In this document: piece after piece, positions 33,391-35,533 of the stretch
Position numbering within the stretch: position 1 is the stretch's first letter
Layout of the letters: each line of letters begins with the position of its first letter
Assembly (NCBI GenBank): GCA_900317065.1
Contig: ONFK01000001.1
Location: 1-35,533 of the forward strand
Direction of reading: 5' to 3'
Source: an uncultured Bacteroidales bacterium
Lineage (GTDB): Bacteria > Bacteroidota > Bacteroidia > Bacteroidales > UBA932
Length of the DNA: 35,533 nucleotides
Notes under the pieces: model-generated
What the model saw: the letters and a program-made list of their open reading frames with translations, nothing else
Told to the model about the DNA's origin: nothing
Databases searched by the model: none
Translations under genes and position numbers: made by a program

Positions 33391-33752
33391 TAGAACACGA
33401 CTGGCAGACCATCATCGGGCAGCCCCCGAGCAAAAGCAATTCCTACAAGATCATCACACTGTCTGGACACGGGAGCCTCGCCAAGACACCCGGCCTGAAG
33501 GCCTACGAACAATCCTTCTACGTCCAGGTCGGCAAGTACCGTGACCTCATGATCACCGGCTTCTTCGAACTCCATCTCCGCGTCTACTTCGCAAGCATGT
33601 CGCACGACCTGGACAACTCCCTCAAGATCATCCTTGACTGCCTTCAGTACACGAAGACGGTGAAGAATGACAACCGGTGCGTCAAGATCGTAGCCGACAA
33701 GTTCCTCGACAAGAACAACCCGCGGATCGAGTTCCGCATCATAGAAATATAA
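33387..33752 (+). CDS. rusA: RusA-family Holliday junction resolvase
   Basis: PPSKSNSY, DLDNSLKIILDCLQ, KNDNRCV, NPRIEFRI. Confidence 0.9.
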   Translation: MIEHDWQTIIGQPPSKSNSYKIITLSGHGSLAKTPGLKAYEQSFYVQVGKYRDLMITGFFELHLRVYFASMSHDLDNSLKIILDCLQYTKTVKNDNRCVKIVADKFLDKNNPRIEFRIIEI

Positions 33753-33769
33753 CTAAAACAATCAAACCA

Positions 33770-33982
33770 ATGATTTCGGGAAAAGAATTGAAAAGGATGG
33801 TATCGCTGATTCCAGACAATGCAGCTGTCACCATCAACGGGAACTACAACGTCGACATCACACAGGTGAAAATGGAGACGGACATGGATGGCCTGCTGGT
33901 CGACCTCCTGCTTACCCCGGGCTACAGCATCACGAAGGACTCCGTGATGCAGGAGATGTTCAAAGACCTCCAGATGCGATGA
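33770..33982 (+). CDS. Hypothetical protein (70 aa, MISGKELKRM...)
   Basis: A-rich start context; ATGA overlap with the HNH gene. Confidence 0.7.
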   Translation: MISGKELKRMVSLIPDNAAVTINGNYNVDITQVKMETDMDGLLVDLLLTPGYSITKDSVMQEMFKDLQMR

Positions 33983-34320
33983 AGCTGCGGTGGGACAGTC
34001 CGGACAGTCCGGACAGGGTTGACAGCCATGACGGAGGGTACCATCGTGTGCGGTCTGCGGATCTCTACCACACAGCGAGGTGGACAAGGATCTCACGCGC
34101 ATGGAGGATGAGCCACCCGCTGTGCGCAGAGTGTAGGAAGCAGGGCATCATCAAACCTGCGGAGGTCGTGGATCATATCATCCCCTGGCCAGTGTGCAAG
34201 GACTTCTATGACCTTGGCAACCTGCAGAGCCTGTGTCAGGACTGCAATATCTCCAAGGGTAACAGGGACAAGAAAATAATACAAGCATGGAAAAAGAAAC
34301 ATCAGCAAGGAAGCATTTGA
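33979..34320 (+). CDS. HNH endonuclease, HK97 gp74-like terminase cofactor
   Basis: YHTARWTR, HPLCAEC, AEVVDHIIP, FYDLGNLQSLCQDCNISK. Confidence 0.92.
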   Translation: MKLRWDSPDSPDRVDSHDGGYHRVRSADLYHTARWTRISRAWRMSHPLCAECRKQGIIKPAEVVDHIIPWPVCKDFYDLGNLQSLCQDCNISKGNRDKKIIQAWKKKHQQGSI

Positions 34321-34511
34321 GATTTATCCGGGTGGACTATATAGTTGGTTGGGAGCCACTGGATGAAGGCCTGTATCTAATGTACTCAGACGGGTCGCGG
34401 GAGTTGATTCGGATGAGTGCAAAAGAGGCGGATGAAAATAGTGAGTTTATGATCAACAACATGTTTGATAACAATCGCGATGTCATTGGACTTACATGGG
34501 AGGAAGTATGA
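34287..34511 (+). CDS. Hypothetical protein (74 aa)
   Basis: Overlap-coupled ORF. Confidence 0.6.
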   Translation: MEKETSARKHLRFIRVDYIVGWEPLDEGLYLMYSDGSRELIRMSAKEADENSEFMINNMFDNNRDVIGLTWEEV

Positions 34512-35077
34512 CAGCAAATGAAATTATCGTAGCATTGGAGAAGATGAAGGCGGAAGATCCTGAGCGGTTCTATAATGCACTGGGCTACGGCGATCAGGGC
34601 GCAGGCATCATGAGCCGATTCGTCTCTGGATCCTATGAGCTCGGACTCGTGGCAGGCGCATTGTGGATGCAGGAGCAGAAGCTCTCACCAATTTCGTGCG
34701 GTCACGAAAATGGTACAGAGTGGAGCGAGGATGACCAGCATCAAAAAGAACAAGTGCTGAATGCCCTCCGGTTGGAGTTGAACAAGTGGCTGAATCATTC
34801 TGTCCGTGGAATGAAGTCGGGAAACCCTGCTTACTTCCAAGGGAAGATTACATTGATCCACGACCTTCTTGGGTTCGTACACGACATCGACGAGTCGGAC
34901 CGGGTGTTCTGCTCTCAGGTCGTGCTCGAACCGAATGAGGACATGGCCACCTTCCAAGTGAGTACGATGGTCAGTTACGAGCTCCTGGAGTACCTCTCGG
35001 AACACGAGGATGGCTTTAAGATGCTGGCCGACCAGATTGTGAGTGAACTGAAAAGACAGACATCGAAGTTATTATGA
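34508..35077 (+). CDS. Hypothetical protein (189 aa, MTANEIIVAL...)
   Basis: ATGA-coupled; contains EWSEDD. Confidence 0.7.
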   Translation: MTANEIIVALEKMKAEDPERFYNALGYGDQGAGIMSRFVSGSYELGLVAGALWMQEQKLSPISCGHENGTEWSEDDQHQKEQVLNALRLELNKWLNHSVRGMKSGNPAYFQGKITLIHDLLGFVHDIDESDRVFCSQVVLEPNEDMATFQVSTMVSYELLEYLSEHEDGFKMLADQIVSELKRQTSKLL

Positions 35078-35292
35078 ACACATTCAAACCGAAACGGAGC
35101 ATCCGACCAGGAGAGTATAAGTACCACCTTGTGCTGTCCTTTGAAGACAAGGGAGACATCTTCTATGTTGTTCGGTATTATGGTATCCACAAGCAGTGGT
35201 GGCACTATGAGATATGGGACAGCTGGACGATGGTGTTTAACCGGAAACAAGGTTACAAGATTGTCAAGCACAGGAGCAAGAAGGAGGACTGA
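35074..35292 (+). CDS. Hypothetical protein (72 aa)
   Basis: ATGA-coupled; VVRYYGIHKQWWHYEI. Confidence 0.7.
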   Translation: MNTFKPKRSIRPGEYKYHLVLSFEDKGDIFYVVRYYGIHKQWWHYEIWDSWTMVFNRKQGYKIVKHRSKKED

Positions 35293-35295
35293 GCC

Positions 35296-35451
35296 ATGAA
35301 ACGAAGTGAGAACTCTGGCTGGCTCCTGGCGACGGTCTGCCTTCTTGTGTACATGGGATTGTCCTATCTGCTGAAGGTTGATCTCAGGCTCGCCCTCCTT
35401 ATCCTTATCGCATATCACGTATTGAAGGCGGACTGTTCGACGAAGGGGTAG
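35296..35451 (+). CDS. Small membrane protein (51 aa, MKRSENSGWLLATVC...)
   Basis: Translated by hand; two hydrophobic segments. Confidence 0.55.
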   Translation: MKRSENSGWLLATVCLLVYMGLSYLLKVDLRLALLILIAYHVLKADCSTKG

Positions 35452-35533
35452 GGGGTCAAAATCTCTCGCGGCGTCATCGCTTAAGACCACGCCCCCAGTT
35501 TCGCTCTCGACAAAAGTAATTTTCAAAAATTTG
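35445..35533. other. Candidate cos/packaging region, including the right copy of the terminal repeat (35498-35533)
   Basis: Only non-coding gap before terS; G-runs and C-runs flank a GC-rich core (GGGGGTC...GACCACGCCCCC). Confidence 0.55.

Larger units (their letters stand above)
1..35533. mobile_element. Complete temperate HK97-like siphovirus genome (circular, attP-containing form), probable Bacteroidales host
   Basis: Full head, tail, lysis, lysogeny and replication modules; terminal 36-bp overlap; intact attP next to the integrase; no host housekeeping genes. Confidence 0.95.

Noticed and set aside
33993-34016. 9-bp tandem repeat GGACAGTCC at the HNH N-terminus
   Set aside because: Short in-frame slippage repeat with no further support.
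44-35451. Stop-codon reassignment
   Set aside because: Core genes are full length in the standard bacterial code, and TAA, TAG and TGA all serve as stops.

Overview
The window is a complete, circularly closed temperate siphovirus-like phage genome: 35,497 unique bp plus a 36-bp terminal overlap, with the break just upstream of the small terminase. Gene order is HK97-like: terS, terL, portal, protease, capsid, neck, tail tube, frameshifted tail chaperone, tape measure, then a long receptor/fibre cluster that includes a BACON-like protein and a metallophosphoesterase-tipped protein. After that come the lysis cassette (with an inserted NUMOD4-HNH gene), tyrosine integrase, attP (3' half of tRNA-Val(GAC) flanked by arm repeats), a lipoprotein and CI repressor, and an early operon (Xis-like, Sak3-like, Gp157, replication initiator, DnaB, SSB-like, RusA, packaging HNH). 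TAnnTTTG promoter boxes, A-rich start regions and the protein families point to a GC-rich Bacteroidales host (inference). The most unusual signals are non-coding. Two intergenic units on the minus strand (13072-13178, 21833-21909) each run from a -7 promoter box through three GGAGG motifs to a terminator; the first is a 31-nt-period triple hairpin repeat. A large-loop stem after the endolysin has a loop antisense to a Bacteroidota-type start-codon region. The HNH insertion duplicates and recodes the 3' end of its target gene. All family assignments come from motif recognition by eye; no database search was run.
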